Shown: positions 26,289 to 36,298 of the stretch, piece by piece
Numbering within the stretch: the stretch's first letter is position 1
Layout of the letters: the number at the start of each line of letters is the position of its first letter
Program-made: the position numbers and the translations under genes
Notes under the pieces: model-generated
The model's input: the letters and a program-made list of their open reading frames with translations, nothing else
Told to the model about the DNA's origin: nothing
The model's database searches: none
Virus record (IMG/VR): IMGVR_UViG_3300005330_000016
Coordinates: 13,983-77,982 of that record
Length of the DNA stretch: 64,000 bases
Direction: 5' to 3' (one strand)
Origin: a virus
Lineage: Duplodnaviria > Caudoviricetes

Positions 26289-28334
26289 CTATCGTGCGTT
26301 GTAGTGAGTGCTGATCGTGCCGCTGCTCAACGCGGTCCCGCTCCAGACAGCAATCTCGTCCAGCGTGCCCTTGACGTAGTAGAACGTGCCGCCGTCCAGA
26401 TCTACGCCGAAGTTCGCGGTCGTCGGAGTTGCAGCCGTGATGCTGGTCGAATCGCTCGCCGTAGACGCCGTGCCGTTGTTGACGTAGAGCTTCATGGTCG
26501 TGCCGTCGTAGGTCGCTACGACGTGGTACCAAGTGCTCGTAGCCAGCGTCGTCGTGTTCGTCGTTGCCACTTGCGCGTTGGTGTCATGCCAGCGCTGGAA
26601 GTAGAAGTGCGGGGTTGTGTCTACACTGACGTTCCAGCCATGACGATTGCCTGAGCCGTCATTGCGGCTCTTCTGAACAAGCATCTGCGTCGTGCCCGGC
26701 CAGGACGAAGGCGACTTGTACCAGAACTCAACGCTAAAGCTTGTCGTCCCGGTGAAACCGTAGTTGTCACCCATGCTGAGCGCGTCGTTGGTGCCGTCGA
26801 ACGTGACCGCTGTGTCGGCATCACAAGTCAGGTTGCTGGTCGCGCCCAGTGTCGGGCCACCGGCATACGTGCCGCTAATTGCACCCACGTACGGGCTTGC
26901 CGTGGTCCCGCTTGGTTCCCCCAGTCGCCAGTAGCTCGATGGACTCGAAGCGGCTACTTCATGGGCGTACAGACCGTTCGTGAACGTCTGGTACGCACCG
27001 ATCTGAACCGGGCAGCCGCTCGTCCTGCTCAGGCCGGCTCGGTCTACGTTGAGCGGGATAGACTCGCTGTAGTAGCCGGTCTTGCTGGCGATGTACGTAG
27101 CGTGGTTGTAAGCCGCAGAGCTTTGGCTGCTCAGTGTCCAGTTAGACGCCCAGTTGGTGATCAGTGGGTCGCCGGTCTGCGGGTTGCTCTGGCTCGGGAT
27201 GTTGGTCGTGCAGCCAGGATTCCTGAACAGGTTGTAGTCAACCGTGCGCCCGGTCGTGTTGCCGTCGTCGGTCAAGCCGTTCGAGCAGGTTTCAACGATG
27301 TTGTTCTTCCAGACCGGGTTGTGGTTGTGGCTACTCCAGCCGCCGCCGTTCTGCTCGCGCATTGCGGTACCGGCCTTGTAGATGTCGTTGTGGTACGCGC
27401 CGCACTCTTCACAGCCCTGCATCATCATGCCGTAGGCCCAGCCAGCCGTCGTGTTGGACGTGACGATGTTGTTGACCGCCGTGTTGTAGTAGCCCTCATA
27501 CGAGCAGCCCGTACAGTCGCCGGTCGCGCCACCTGACGAGCCGCCCAGGTCAATGCCAATACCGGCTGTGTTGGTGCTCGTTAGCTGGATCAGGTTGTCT
27601 CGTACCTGAGCGGATCTCGTGCCGCCTTTGGTCTGGATGCCGTCACCTGGCGTGCCAGGCGTAGCGAACAGCAGCGGGTTCTGGATCGTGTTGCGCTGGA
27701 AGACCGGGCGAACGCCACCATACGAAGCCAGGCACTGGTAGCAATCGTAGATTGTGTTGTTGTCGATCAGCGCATCAGCGCTACTCGTCGTCACCTTGAT
27801 CGGCGTCTGCGAGTTGTGCAGCTTCGAGTTCTTGACCGTGACGTTGTTGCTAGCTCCGTTGACGCCAATCCAGATGAGCTTGTCGTCATAGCTCGCGCTG
27901 TCACCGAGAGTCGCCTGCGTGAACTCGAAGCCATCGAAAACCACGTTTGACTTGGCGTCAAGGCCCAGCTTGTACGTGTTCTTCGCGCCGGTTGGAGCGG
28001 TGATGATCGCGCCGTACTGGCTCGTGCTGACGAACGTGATCGGGTTGCCCGCTGAGCCTGAGCTAGCAAAGTTGATCATGCCGTTGCTCGGGTCGGTGTA
28101 CGTGCCCGACGCGAAGTTGACTACATCGCCGGCTGACAACGTGTGCTCGGCGGCATAGCGGAACGTCAGCCACGGCCCATGCCCGCCACCAACGGTTGCA
28201 GACAGGCCGTCGTTTGAGTTGCTGCCCGTAGAAGCGTTGACGTAGTACTGCGTCCCGGCGTGCACCACGCTAGCCGGAACGATGAAGACCGCCAACAGGC
28301 AGAGCACCAGGGCTGATCGTCGCAAGAAGTTCAT
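26289..28334 (-). CDS. Secreted parallel beta-helix (pectin lyase-like) protein with C-terminal LamG/concanavalin domain (start ATG 28334)
   Basis: Signal peptide MNFLRRSALVLCLLAVFIVPASVVHA; YYVNASTGSNSNDG; Asn-ladder repeats; YWRLGE, FSVEFW, WYHVVATYDG, GTLDEIAVW. Confidence 0.8.
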   Translation of the reverse strand: MNFLRRSALVLCLLAVFIVPASVVHAGTQYYVNASTGSNSNDGLSATVGGGHGPWLTFRYAAEHTLSAGDVVNFASGTYTDPSNGMINFASSGSAGNPITFVSTSQYGAIITAPTGAKNTYKLGLDAKSNVVFDGFEFTQATLGDSASYDDKLIWIGVNGASNNVTVKNSKLHNSQTPIKVTTSSADALIDNNTIYDCYQCLASYGGVRPVFQRNTIQNPLLFATPGTPGDGIQTKGGTRSAQVRDNLIQLTSTNTAGIGIDLGGSSGGATGDCTGCSYEGYYNTAVNNIVTSNTTAGWAYGMMMQGCEECGAYHNDIYKAGTAMREQNGGGWSSHNHNPVWKNNIVETCSNGLTDDGNTTGRTVDYNLFRNPGCTTNIPSQSNPQTGDPLITNWASNWTLSSQSSAAYNHATYIASKTGYYSESIPLNVDRAGLSRTSGCPVQIGAYQTFTNGLYAHEVAASSPSSYWRLGEPSGTTASPYVGAISGTYAGGPTLGATSNLTCDADTAVTFDGTNDALSMGDNYGFTGTTSFSVEFWYKSPSSWPGTTQMLVQKSRNDGSGNRHGWNVSVDTTPHFYFQRWHDTNAQVATTNTTTLATSTWYHVVATYDGTTMKLYVNNGTASTASDSTSITAATPTTANFGVDLDGGTFYYVKGTLDEIAVWSGTALSSGTISTHYNAR

Positions 28335-28776
28335 GCCGGCATTCCTCCGATTGGTTGTTGACAAGTCAAGAGCGTAGGTGTAAGTTGAAGGAGATGAAGA
28401 ACTACCAGCCAGGCACCAGCGTTGAGGTTCTCATTCGAGACTTCTCCCTCGCCGGCTTCCCCCAGGTCTGGCAGGCCGCTACCGTCGAGTCGGTCGAACT
28501 GCTCGAACGCGGCCTTGCGGATGTCACCCTGCGCCTAGCCGATGGTACGCCGAACGTACAGCGTATCGGCAAGCGTGGATCCAAGTTCTTGCGGGCATGA
28601 ACCGCGCAGAGCACGCGGCTACCGACTGCAAGGCTTGGTTTGATGACGAGTGGTATCGCCATAGCGACTCTTGCCCGAAGTCAAGTGCCACTTACGGCAT
28701 GACGTTCACGCCGACTCGCTGCCGGGTCTGTGGCGAGTACAACGACGATCCCGAGATGCCCTGCTGCTGCCGGTAA
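28335..28776 (+). other. Antisense early cassette 6: promoter plus ORF 28394-28600 and a short Cys-rich ORF from 28597
   Basis: GCCGGC 28335, TTGACA 28358, TAAGTT 28381, ATG 28394. Confidence 0.7.
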
Positions 28777-28847
28777 CGGTAACAACGCCTAACTACGCGG
28801 AAATACCACGATCCGGCGTGTAACCCGGTGGCGATTCGGCTCTAACT

Positions 28848-30341
28848 CTAATAAAAAGCTACGCCCGAGTGGATTGGTGGCATAGCCGCGAGCACCACGG
28901 CGTCACCGGCGTCGGGGCTTCGGCCTAATCGCTCCTTGATATCGTCTTTACTCTCTACTTGGATGCCCGTCACGCGCATCATCCACCGTGCTGAGCACAG
29001 ATCTGCCTTTAGCTCGGTGTCCGGCGGAAGCATGATGCCGTCGCCCTTCTCGGGATCCAGGGCTTCACGCATGCTCCAGTAAGCGTAGGCTCGGACGTTC
29101 GTGAACTTGAGCAGGTTCGTGCGGTCGTGCCGCTTGGTGCCGGCCCCGAAGTTGACCGGGACTACGTTCATGTCCATCTCGCGGCACAGATCTACCACCG
29201 CTGCGCCTACGCCGATCACGTCCACGTTCACGTAGCCGCCTCGCTGTAGCGCGTTCCAAGCGATCTGACGCCCAAACGTGCCGTCAGGCGTATCCTTGCC
29301 TGGATGCTTCTCCAGTGGTGCAAACCAGTTGCCCCAGCGCTGAGCGAGTACCGTCGCGTCTTTGCCGCCACGAGCTACGTCCAAACCGGCACATGTTGCG
29401 GTTTCATCCGGTTTATGTTCCGGTTTCCATCTGCGCTGGGCTGCTTCTACCCACGCTGAGGGAATGATCTGCCACGGATCGTCTGTTAGCCCAATCGAGT
29501 AGTCGCCGTACAGCAGTTGGCTCCTGAGAGGCTCTGGAAGCGCTTGTAGCTGTGCGCCGTAGCCTGACAGGGCCAGGAATGCGTTGTCTTTGAGCGCAGC
29601 GGGTATGAACGTCCTGCTCTTGGGCGTGATTGTCTCGCCCTGGAACTCGAACGGCTTTGGGCCTTCTACCTCTACGTCTTTGTCTTCGAGCCGCGCAAAC
29701 CAGCGTAGCTCACCTGGCGCAGCGGGATTGGAATGCTGGGAATCGAGCCAAGCAGCCCAACGCCTGATCACCCACTCGCCTTCTACTGTACTCGGCGGGT
29801 TGCCGGCTCCTACGACTCTTGTGTGCTGAGTCGGATCCGTGCTTCTCAGCCAGCCGATCAAGAACAGGTACATCTGCTCTACGAACTCGGGTAGCTCGTC
29901 AAACGCCTTGAGATCGTGCGGTCGTCCGCGCCACTTGCCGAGTTCGCCCAGGTCTTCAACGCCGCCGAATTCAATCGTCCTGCCGTCTTTCATCAGCAGC
30001 CCGTTGATCCTGCTGGCGAAGTGACCCTTGCCTGCCGCTACGTTCATGGCCCGACTCATCAGCCCGTCGCCACCCTTGAATTGGGTGTAGTTGCGACGGA
30101 AGATGATCGAACGCTTGTGAGCCGTCAGAGCTAAACCTAAGAGTAGGTCGCTCTTGCCGCCACCCGCCTGACCACCGAAGTACAACTCGTCAGCCGGCGT
30201 CAGCCAAGCCTGTGTCTGCGGTCCCTCCTGGGGAAGCCAGATCGGATCGTCCTGCGAGAGCAAGAGGATCAGGTCTTCCTCTTGCTTGCTCAACGATGGC
30301 AAGGATTCGTCGCTGGCGTTCTTCAATGCTGACGTTGACAC
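28848..30341 (-). CDS. terL: Terminase large subunit
   Basis: Walker A GGQAGGGKS, Walker B AFDEL, GAGNPP, nuclease GLDVARGGKD, C-terminal SPDAGDA. Confidence 0.95.
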   Translation of the reverse strand: MSTSALKNASDESLPSLSKQEEDLILLLSQDDPIWLPQEGPQTQAWLTPADELYFGGQAGGGKSDLLLGLALTAHKRSIIFRRNYTQFKGGDGLMSRAMNVAAGKGHFASRINGLLMKDGRTIEFGGVEDLGELGKWRGRPHDLKAFDELPEFVEQMYLFLIGWLRSTDPTQHTRVVGAGNPPSTVEGEWVIRRWAAWLDSQHSNPAAPGELRWFARLEDKDVEVEGPKPFEFQGETITPKSRTFIPAALKDNAFLALSGYGAQLQALPEPLRSQLLYGDYSIGLTDDPWQIIPSAWVEAAQRRWKPEHKPDETATCAGLDVARGGKDATVLAQRWGNWFAPLEKHPGKDTPDGTFGRQIAWNALQRGGYVNVDVIGVGAAVVDLCREMDMNVVPVNFGAGTKRHDRTNLLKFTNVRAYAYWSMREALDPEKGDGIMLPPDTELKADLCSARWMMRVTGIQVESKDDIKERLGRSPDAGDAVVLAAMPPIHSGVAFY

Positions 30342-30723
30342 TTAGCTCCTGCTCAACCTGTATTGCCTGGCCGTTTGGACCGCTCACCTCAGAACGCTTT
30401 GGTGCGTCCAGTCCGTTCATCGCAGCCCGACGCTCCATGATCCTCAGTAGTCGATCCGTAGCCAGCCATTGGCCCCTGAGTGCTGCCGACCACAACGGTA
30501 CCGTCAAGGCGTCCAGCCGTTGATTCTCTAACTCGATCATGGCTTCAACGTTCTGATTGCGAACGCTCATAGCTTCGTTCATCGAGCGCTGAACTGCCTT
30601 GAACGCACCACCCTTGTTGGCATAGCCCATCTGCTTGGCTATCTGGTCAAAGCTCGCTCCTGCCCTTCTCAGTTCAAGGGCTTGAGCGTCTTTGAGTCGC
30701 TGTGCTTCCGGTTTCCTAGCCAC
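30190..30723 (-). CDS. terS: Terminase small subunit
   Basis: ALELRRAGASFDQIAKQMGY HTH, ELENQRLD, RRAAMNGLDAP, EVSGPNGQAI. Confidence 0.85.
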   Translation of the reverse strand: MARKPEAQRLKDAQALELRRAGASFDQIAKQMGYANKGGAFKAVQRSMNEAMSVRNQNVEAMIELENQRLDALTVPLWSAALRGQWLATDRLLRIMERRAAMNGLDAPKRSEVSGPNGQAIQVEQELSVNVSIEERQRRILAIVEQARGRPDPLALAGRSDLASPGGTADTGLADAG

Positions 30724-30755
30724 TAGGGTTTCCTGTCACTATTTATTATGTCTAC

Positions 30756-33700
30756 TTACAGGCAGGGCTTCCAAGAACGGTCTACCACCCCGTCCTGAGC
30801 CGTGAGCGTAAAGCATCCTGACGCCGGTGGGGCGGGTACCTGAATCGGTTGTGCCGTTGGTGCCACTGTAGGCGTAAACGTGGCTGTAGGGGCTACCGTA
30901 GGCGTCTGCGTTGGTTGTGGCGTGTTGGTCGCCGTAGCCGTTGGTACAACGCCCAGCAGATGATCACGGAAGCCTATGCCGTAGTTGGTCGGCGTGCCGC
31001 TGTAGTCACTTACCAGGCTCGGGAAGCCACCGCAGTCATACACGTCCCATGCCCAGGCCAGGTAGTTCGCCTTGTGCTGGTCTAGCCAGGTCATGAGCGG
31101 CACGATGTAGTCACTCGCACAATCGGTCTGCCCGATCTCGCCTGCGATCAGCGGAACGCTTGCGGCTATCGGGGCTAGTACTGAGTCCCAGCACGCTTGA
31201 GTGTTGCATTGATTGCTGTTGGGCTTGTACGTGTGCCAGCTAGCCGCAAGGTTGCCTGTTGAGTCGTTCGGCTTGAACTCTAGCCAGCGACTCGCGCCAC
31301 CCGCGTACAGGATGCCCGGCGACATGATCACGTTCTTGGCTCCTGTAGCTCTCACCGTGTTCACGAGTGTCTGCATGCCTGCTGCCTGGTAGCTGACCCC
31401 TGGACACGTGCCGCCGTCTCTCAGACACGTCCACGCGGCTGTGGTGTCTTGATTGTTGTCCGGGAAGGGCTCGTTGAACAGGTCGAACAGGACGTTCGGA
31501 TAGTTACCGAACGTCTGAGCAATGCTCGTCCAGAACGCCGGCGTGTGATCCATGTCCGGCATTGGCATCTGGCCGGTTGACTGCTGGGTGCCCGGCGCGT
31601 TCCAGTGCAGATCAAGGATCACGTACAGGCCATTAGCCGAGAGCAAGTCTACGAATGCCTTGACCTGTTGCCTGTACTTGTCCACGGTCATGTTGGTCGG
31701 GATCCCGTTGATCCCCAGCCAGCAGTCTTCGTTCATCGACACACGTACTACGTTGACGCCCCATGCTTTGATCGCGTCAATGCTCGCCTGGTCGGTCGGC
31801 CCGTCGAAGCTATCGCTAGAGCCGCTTGAGCACATGTACTCGCCACCTGAGCGACTCACGCCACGTAGCTGTACCGGCGACCCGTCTACTAGCTGGTTGC
31901 CTACAACGTGCAAGCCAGTAACCGGCACAGGCGTTCCGGTTTGTGTCGGAATGGGTGTTACGGTTTGCCCATACGTCAGTAGCTCTACGTTTGCCAGGAT
32001 CGGCGGATAGCCAGCACTCACGCCATCTGACGCTATCTCGACTGTCGTCGGGCCACCAGGCACGGTCACCGGCACCGAGAAGCCCATCGACCAGTTGCAG
32101 TCGGTATTACCGCCCCAGGCTTGGCACCTCAGTGCGTTAGCATACTCGGCGCTAATGCTCTGCCATGCGCCACCGTTGAAGCGGTACTTGGCCGCATACG
32201 TGCTGCTGTTGTGCGTACTGTCGTTGACGTACAGAATGCTAAACGTGAGCTTACCGCTACCGCCGGCCACATTGCCCAGGTTGAACGGCGTATTCAGCCC
32301 ATAGCCGATATTCAGCTTGCTTCCGTTCGGCGTGAGTGCGTCAGGCACTACGTAGGCAGTCTCCTGAGCCACTACCGGCCCGTCAAAGCTCATTCCACTC
32401 CACAGGTAGTTGCTGCTCGGGGTGTTGAAGTACTTGCCCGGCGCTCGTTGACCGTGCTGGAAGTGAACGTAACCCTGACTGAAGTTCAGGCTGAGCGGTG
32501 CTGAGCCGATCATCCGCCAGTTAGGGAACGTCACGCCATCGGGCGAGAAGTCAGACGCCCACACCTCAATGCGGCTCGTGCTGAGCTTGATCTCTATGTG
32601 GTTCTGTGAGCCGGCCTTGGTCTGGATACACACACTGTTGTTGAACGGAACGGAAGTCTCGGCGTAGTCGTTGAAAGTGAAAGCGTTGTTGACTCGAACC
32701 GACGTGCCGAGATTCCCGGAACAGTTGTTGCCGTCGAAGTTCACCCCGACGCCATTGCGCGGTGTCATGCCCGATACCTGACTCGTGTTGGCCGCCCCTG
32801 GCACCGGATCCTGCGTCACGTAGACCGAGTGCCACCAGCCTTGTGGTGAGCCGGTCGCAGCGTCCACGTTGTAGCTGATCACGCCTGAGCGATTCGTGAA
32901 GTCGAATGCCTGGCGCGGTCGCATGCTCAGCAGAGCGTAGTTCTGTGCGCCTAGCGCCGTCTCAAAGCCACTGCCGCACGAGAAGATGTCGTTGTCCGGG
33001 CTGACGTTGCCCGCCTTGCAGCGAGCCGCTACAGACGGAAACGGCATCATGTTCGGTGGCGCGTACTCACCGTCAACTCTACCGACGCTCCATCGGCTGT
33101 CGTCCAAGTCGCCCGCACGCCCACCGGGGCTGGCCTTGCCGTCTTCACAGAACGCCGCCGTGCCGCCTAGCTTGAACGTGCATGCTCCCGACGCCGGGAC
33201 AGGCGTGCTGGTAGGCGTCTGAGTGACTACAGGCGTGTTCGTAGACGTAGACGTAGCTGTAGACACAGGTGTAGACGCACCGGCGTTAACGAGCACGACA
33301 TTGACGTTGCTCACGACCATACCCTGGTCGCCGCCGATCTGAACCTTGTTGGTGCCCGGTACTAGCTCGGTGATCGGCACCAGCACGTCCAGCGTGTGCC
33401 ACGTGCCCCACACGGCATCTGGATAGGGCCACGGCACGGCGTGCGCATGCCCGTTGACCACCACGTTCAGTGCGATTGGGGTTGACGTTGGAGCCTGGAA
33501 ATTGAACAGAACGCGAACCGCTTCGGCTTGCGGGTTGGCTGGCATGCCCAGCACGTCCCATGACGTAGTGGCGTTCGCCTGAGCTACCTTGCCCAGGTCA
33601 ATCGAGCCATCGGCATTGCCCGGCACCAGCGAGTCTAGAGCGTCGAAGCTCAGATCGTGGTACGTGAACGGCCCGTCAAAGCCTACGTTATCCCATGCGA

Positions 33701-34643
33701 ACGTATGGTTGCGGTGCGGTCCCTGGTCGTTACAGCACGCCTTCTCAGCGTTGTAGTGAACGTCCTCAAGCCAGATCAGCCCTCGACTGAGCGTCAGGTT
33801 GACGTTGTTGGCTACCGCGATGTGCTTCAACGTGGTCGCACCGGCGTCCGTGGCGTACACGTCGATCTGGTTCTGCGATATGTCTAGCTCTACGTGGTTC
33901 ATGGCACCGGGCGAGCCAGCGGTTACGCAATCGAGCACCTTGAAAGTGACCTGTCGCGGCCCGAAGCCGTTGGTGTCGTCCAGCACGTAGTCGCGCACCA
34001 CCGCTACCGAGTCCACCGTCCAGCGCTGCTTGTCCAAGTTGTTGCCGTTCGGACAGTAGCCGTAACCACCAGGCCCAACGCCCGAACCGAAGCGAACCGC
34101 TAAGCCGTGGCGCGGAAGTGTCTGCCAGCTATCAAAGTGGTTGAACGGAGCAGGGCTAGGCTTATCGCTCAGCCAGAACTCGGGCCATGCGTCGTGCGTG
34201 TTGAGCGTGTCGTTGCTCACGTCAAACACAACCTTGCCGGTCCTGCCCGCGAAGTCAAACGGTTGCTTCGGGTACATGGCAAGCGTCGTCACTTGATGGC
34301 CGTCGTTCGTCACTTCGCGCATCTGACCGTTGCAGATGATCACGTCGCCCGGTGGCTGTACGTGGTGCGAGCCATCACAAGCTTGAACGTCAGCAGCAAA
34401 CCAGCCGTTGAGCACACCCTGGCCGGCGTTGACGTTGCCCGTCAGCCGCGACACACCCCATACAACCGGGTTCAGATCGCCGCTCCGAGTGCCACCGTTC
34501 TGAGGCTGGTCGAACGTGTCGCAGAACGCGGCTTGCGTTAGCCCGCAGCCTGTTGCCTGGGCACTGTTGACGAACAGTTCGTCACGCCCGGCAAACACGC
34601 CAAGCAGCACAACAACAATCAGCGTGGGTACGGCTAGTCGCAT
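30756..34643 (-). CDS. Secreted multimodular glycoside hydrolase: two duplicated jelly-roll modules plus GH5 catalytic domain (start ATG 34643)
   Basis: Signal peptide; Pro/Thr linkers; GH5 motifs NVVRV..NED, ILDLH, FDLFNEP (acid/base), SWHTY, AGEIG (nucleophile), YLAWAW. Confidence 0.9.
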   Translation of the reverse strand: MRLAVPTLIVVVLLGVFAGRDELFVNSAQATGCGLTQAAFCDTFDQPQNGGTRSGDLNPVVWGVSRLTGNVNAGQGVLNGWFAADVQACDGSHHVQPPGDVIICNGQMREVTNDGHQVTTLAMYPKQPFDFAGRTGKVVFDVSNDTLNTHDAWPEFWLSDKPSPAPFNHFDSWQTLPRHGLAVRFGSGVGPGGYGYCPNGNNLDKQRWTVDSVAVVRDYVLDDTNGFGPRQVTFKVLDCVTAGSPGAMNHVELDISQNQIDVYATDAGATTLKHIAVANNVNLTLSRGLIWLEDVHYNAEKACCNDQGPHRNHTFAWDNVGFDGPFTYHDLSFDALDSLVPGNADGSIDLGKVAQANATTSWDVLGMPANPQAEAVRVLFNFQAPTSTPIALNVVVNGHAHAVPWPYPDAVWGTWHTLDVLVPITELVPGTNKVQIGGDQGMVVSNVNVVLVNAGASTPVSTATSTSTNTPVVTQTPTSTPVPASGACTFKLGGTAAFCEDGKASPGGRAGDLDDSRWSVGRVDGEYAPPNMMPFPSVAARCKAGNVSPDNDIFSCGSGFETALGAQNYALLSMRPRQAFDFTNRSGVISYNVDAATGSPQGWWHSVYVTQDPVPGAANTSQVSGMTPRNGVGVNFDGNNCSGNLGTSVRVNNAFTFNDYAETSVPFNNSVCIQTKAGSQNHIEIKLSTSRIEVWASDFSPDGVTFPNWRMIGSAPLSLNFSQGYVHFQHGQRAPGKYFNTPSSNYLWSGMSFDGPVVAQETAYVVPDALTPNGSKLNIGYGLNTPFNLGNVAGGSGKLTFSILYVNDSTHNSSTYAAKYRFNGGAWQSISAEYANALRCQAWGGNTDCNWSMGFSVPVTVPGGPTTVEIASDGVSAGYPPILANVELLTYGQTVTPIPTQTGTPVPVTGLHVVGNQLVDGSPVQLRGVSRSGGEYMCSSGSSDSFDGPTDQASIDAIKAWGVNVVRVSMNEDCWLGINGIPTNMTVDKYRQQVKAFVDLLSANGLYVILDLHWNAPGTQQSTGQMPMPDMDHTPAFWTSIAQTFGNYPNVLFDLFNEPFPDNNQDTTAAWTCLRDGGTCPGVSYQAAGMQTLVNTVRATGAKNVIMSPGILYAGGASRWLEFKPNDSTGNLAASWHTYKPNSNQCNTQACWDSVLAPIAASVPLIAGEIGQTDCASDYIVPLMTWLDQHKANYLAWAWDVYDCGGFPSLVSDYSGTPTNYGIGFRDHLLGVVPTATATNTPQPTQTPTVAPTATFTPTVAPTAQPIQVPAPPASGCFTLTAQDGVVDRSWKPCL

Positions 34644-34879
34644 TCTACGCCTTCTTCGGCCTTGTACTTCGCAGCCAAGGTCTTCGCGTAGAGCAGCCCG
34701 TCCAGAGCACGTTGGTCTTCTATAAGCATCTTGTGGGACGCGCATGTCGTCATACGCATGCCCATCAATCCGTACGTACAGTGCTCGCCTTCGCCCTTCT
34801 GAGTGCACCAGTAGGTGAGCACACGAGTAAGGGCTTGGCTTTCATCTGGCGTACCGTGCCAGGTCGTCGTTGCCACCAT
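34634..34879 (-). CDS. Hypothetical protein
   Basis: GGAGG RBS before ATG 34879. Confidence 0.55.
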   Translation of the reverse strand: MVATTTWHGTPDESQALTRVLTYWCTQKGEGEHCTYGLMGMRMTTCASHKMLIEDQRALDGLLYAKTLAAKYKAEEGVECD

Positions 34880-34910
34880 AGCGATCCTCCAACCCCCCTG
34901 GCGACAATGC

Positions 34911-34938
34911 AAAAGCCCGGCCATCCTTGGGCCGGGCA
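34911..34938 (-). terminator. Rho-independent terminator downstream of tRNA
   Basis: Minus strand GCCCGGCCC-AAGGAT-GGCCGGGC then TTTT. Confidence 0.65.
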
Positions 34939-35006
34939 CCATTTCGGGCATGGCTATGCCCGTGGTCGGGACTATAGAGCTAAACCGTAGCCTGCGACAA
35001 CCTTTG

Positions 35007-35081
<75 letters not shown>

Positions 35082-35255
35082 GCGCTCAGTATAGATTGTG
35101 CGGGCTGGTGGCCTCAACCTAACCACCGATTTACGGTCCTTCTTGACGGGTTCCACTCCGTGCGCTGGGCCAGTTACCTATTCAAAGGATACTCACCGAC
35201 ACGAACGCCGTTTGGTGAGCACTGACGTATGAAGCTTGACCGCACCCGCATCAAC

Positions 35256-36255
35256 CTATCTCGCGTCTTCGTGAAATCCTTTCTTGCCGTAGGCTTGGTA
35301 GCACAACTGGCAACAGCAGGTTGCCGTATGGGCTGGGAGCTTGAACGCCTCAACTTCTTCGGGCGTCAGCGTGTCTAGCACTGGCCTCCAGTGCTCGCCG
35401 CGACTCTTGCCGCACACCTTGCAGGCTTTGCCGCCGATGGCACTCATGAAGCCGGCCTTGTACTCGTGATCAGTGCCCATGACGTATCTCCAGCCAGGCA
35501 AACATAGTTGCCAGACCAAAGCCGGCTATGAACCACACTCCCGACAGATCAGGGCATCCGCTCATTACACTTCCTCTTCAGCCCGCCCAAGCAGCCGGCG
35601 TGCCTTGTTCAGCATCGCCTGCCGAACGTAGACCTGTGCCCAGCCGCCGCTATCGTAGTGGACCGTGCGAGTTGCGCCGTTCAGGATCGTGTTGAGCGCA
35701 TCGCGCAACTGCTCGTTCATCACTCGAAGATCGGCCAACTGCTGACCCTGCTCTTCGATGGTTGCTTGCTTGACCATGATCATCTCCCCTTGTTAGCGCC
35801 CCATGCGCTGCTATCAAGTCCACTTGAGCTACGCTTCTGGAACGAGCCGCTGATGGTCTTCAGCCCAACCTTGGCTCGGCACTTGCCGCAAGTCACTACC
35901 TGCTCCAGCGAGCAGAGATGGTTGATCTTGACCGTTGAGGCAACCGTGCCGCAGATGAGCGTCTTGTCTTCGTTCGCCAGATGGACGTTGCCGGCCTGGT
36001 TGCGTCGGGCCACTAAGTTCTTCATGTCCCTACCCTACGCCCGTATCGCTTGCCTGTCAACAACTAATCTAGTCAGATGCCGGCAGACTGTTTGCACTTG
36101 GCGCACAACGTGTGCTCGCTGTCCGAAGCAACCTGCCAAGGATCGCTCAGCCGCCGACCGCACAGTGTCCAGTTGCCGGTGCCGGCGATGTGCTTGACGT
36201 GAGGCTTCAGGTTGAGTCGCCCGAAGGCATTAGCCCGAGTAGCTATGTACTTCAT
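35256..36255 (-). other. Small hypothetical ORFs 35256-35519, 35565-35783, 35780-36025, 36073-36255 (last two leaderless from own promoters)
   Basis: TTGACA 36060-36055/TAGGGT/ATG 36025; TTGACG 36291-36286/TAGGTT/ATG 36255. Confidence 0.65.
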
Positions 36256-36298
36256 GTACTGAACCTACACCCACCGCGATAGCCCCGTCAATACCTTT

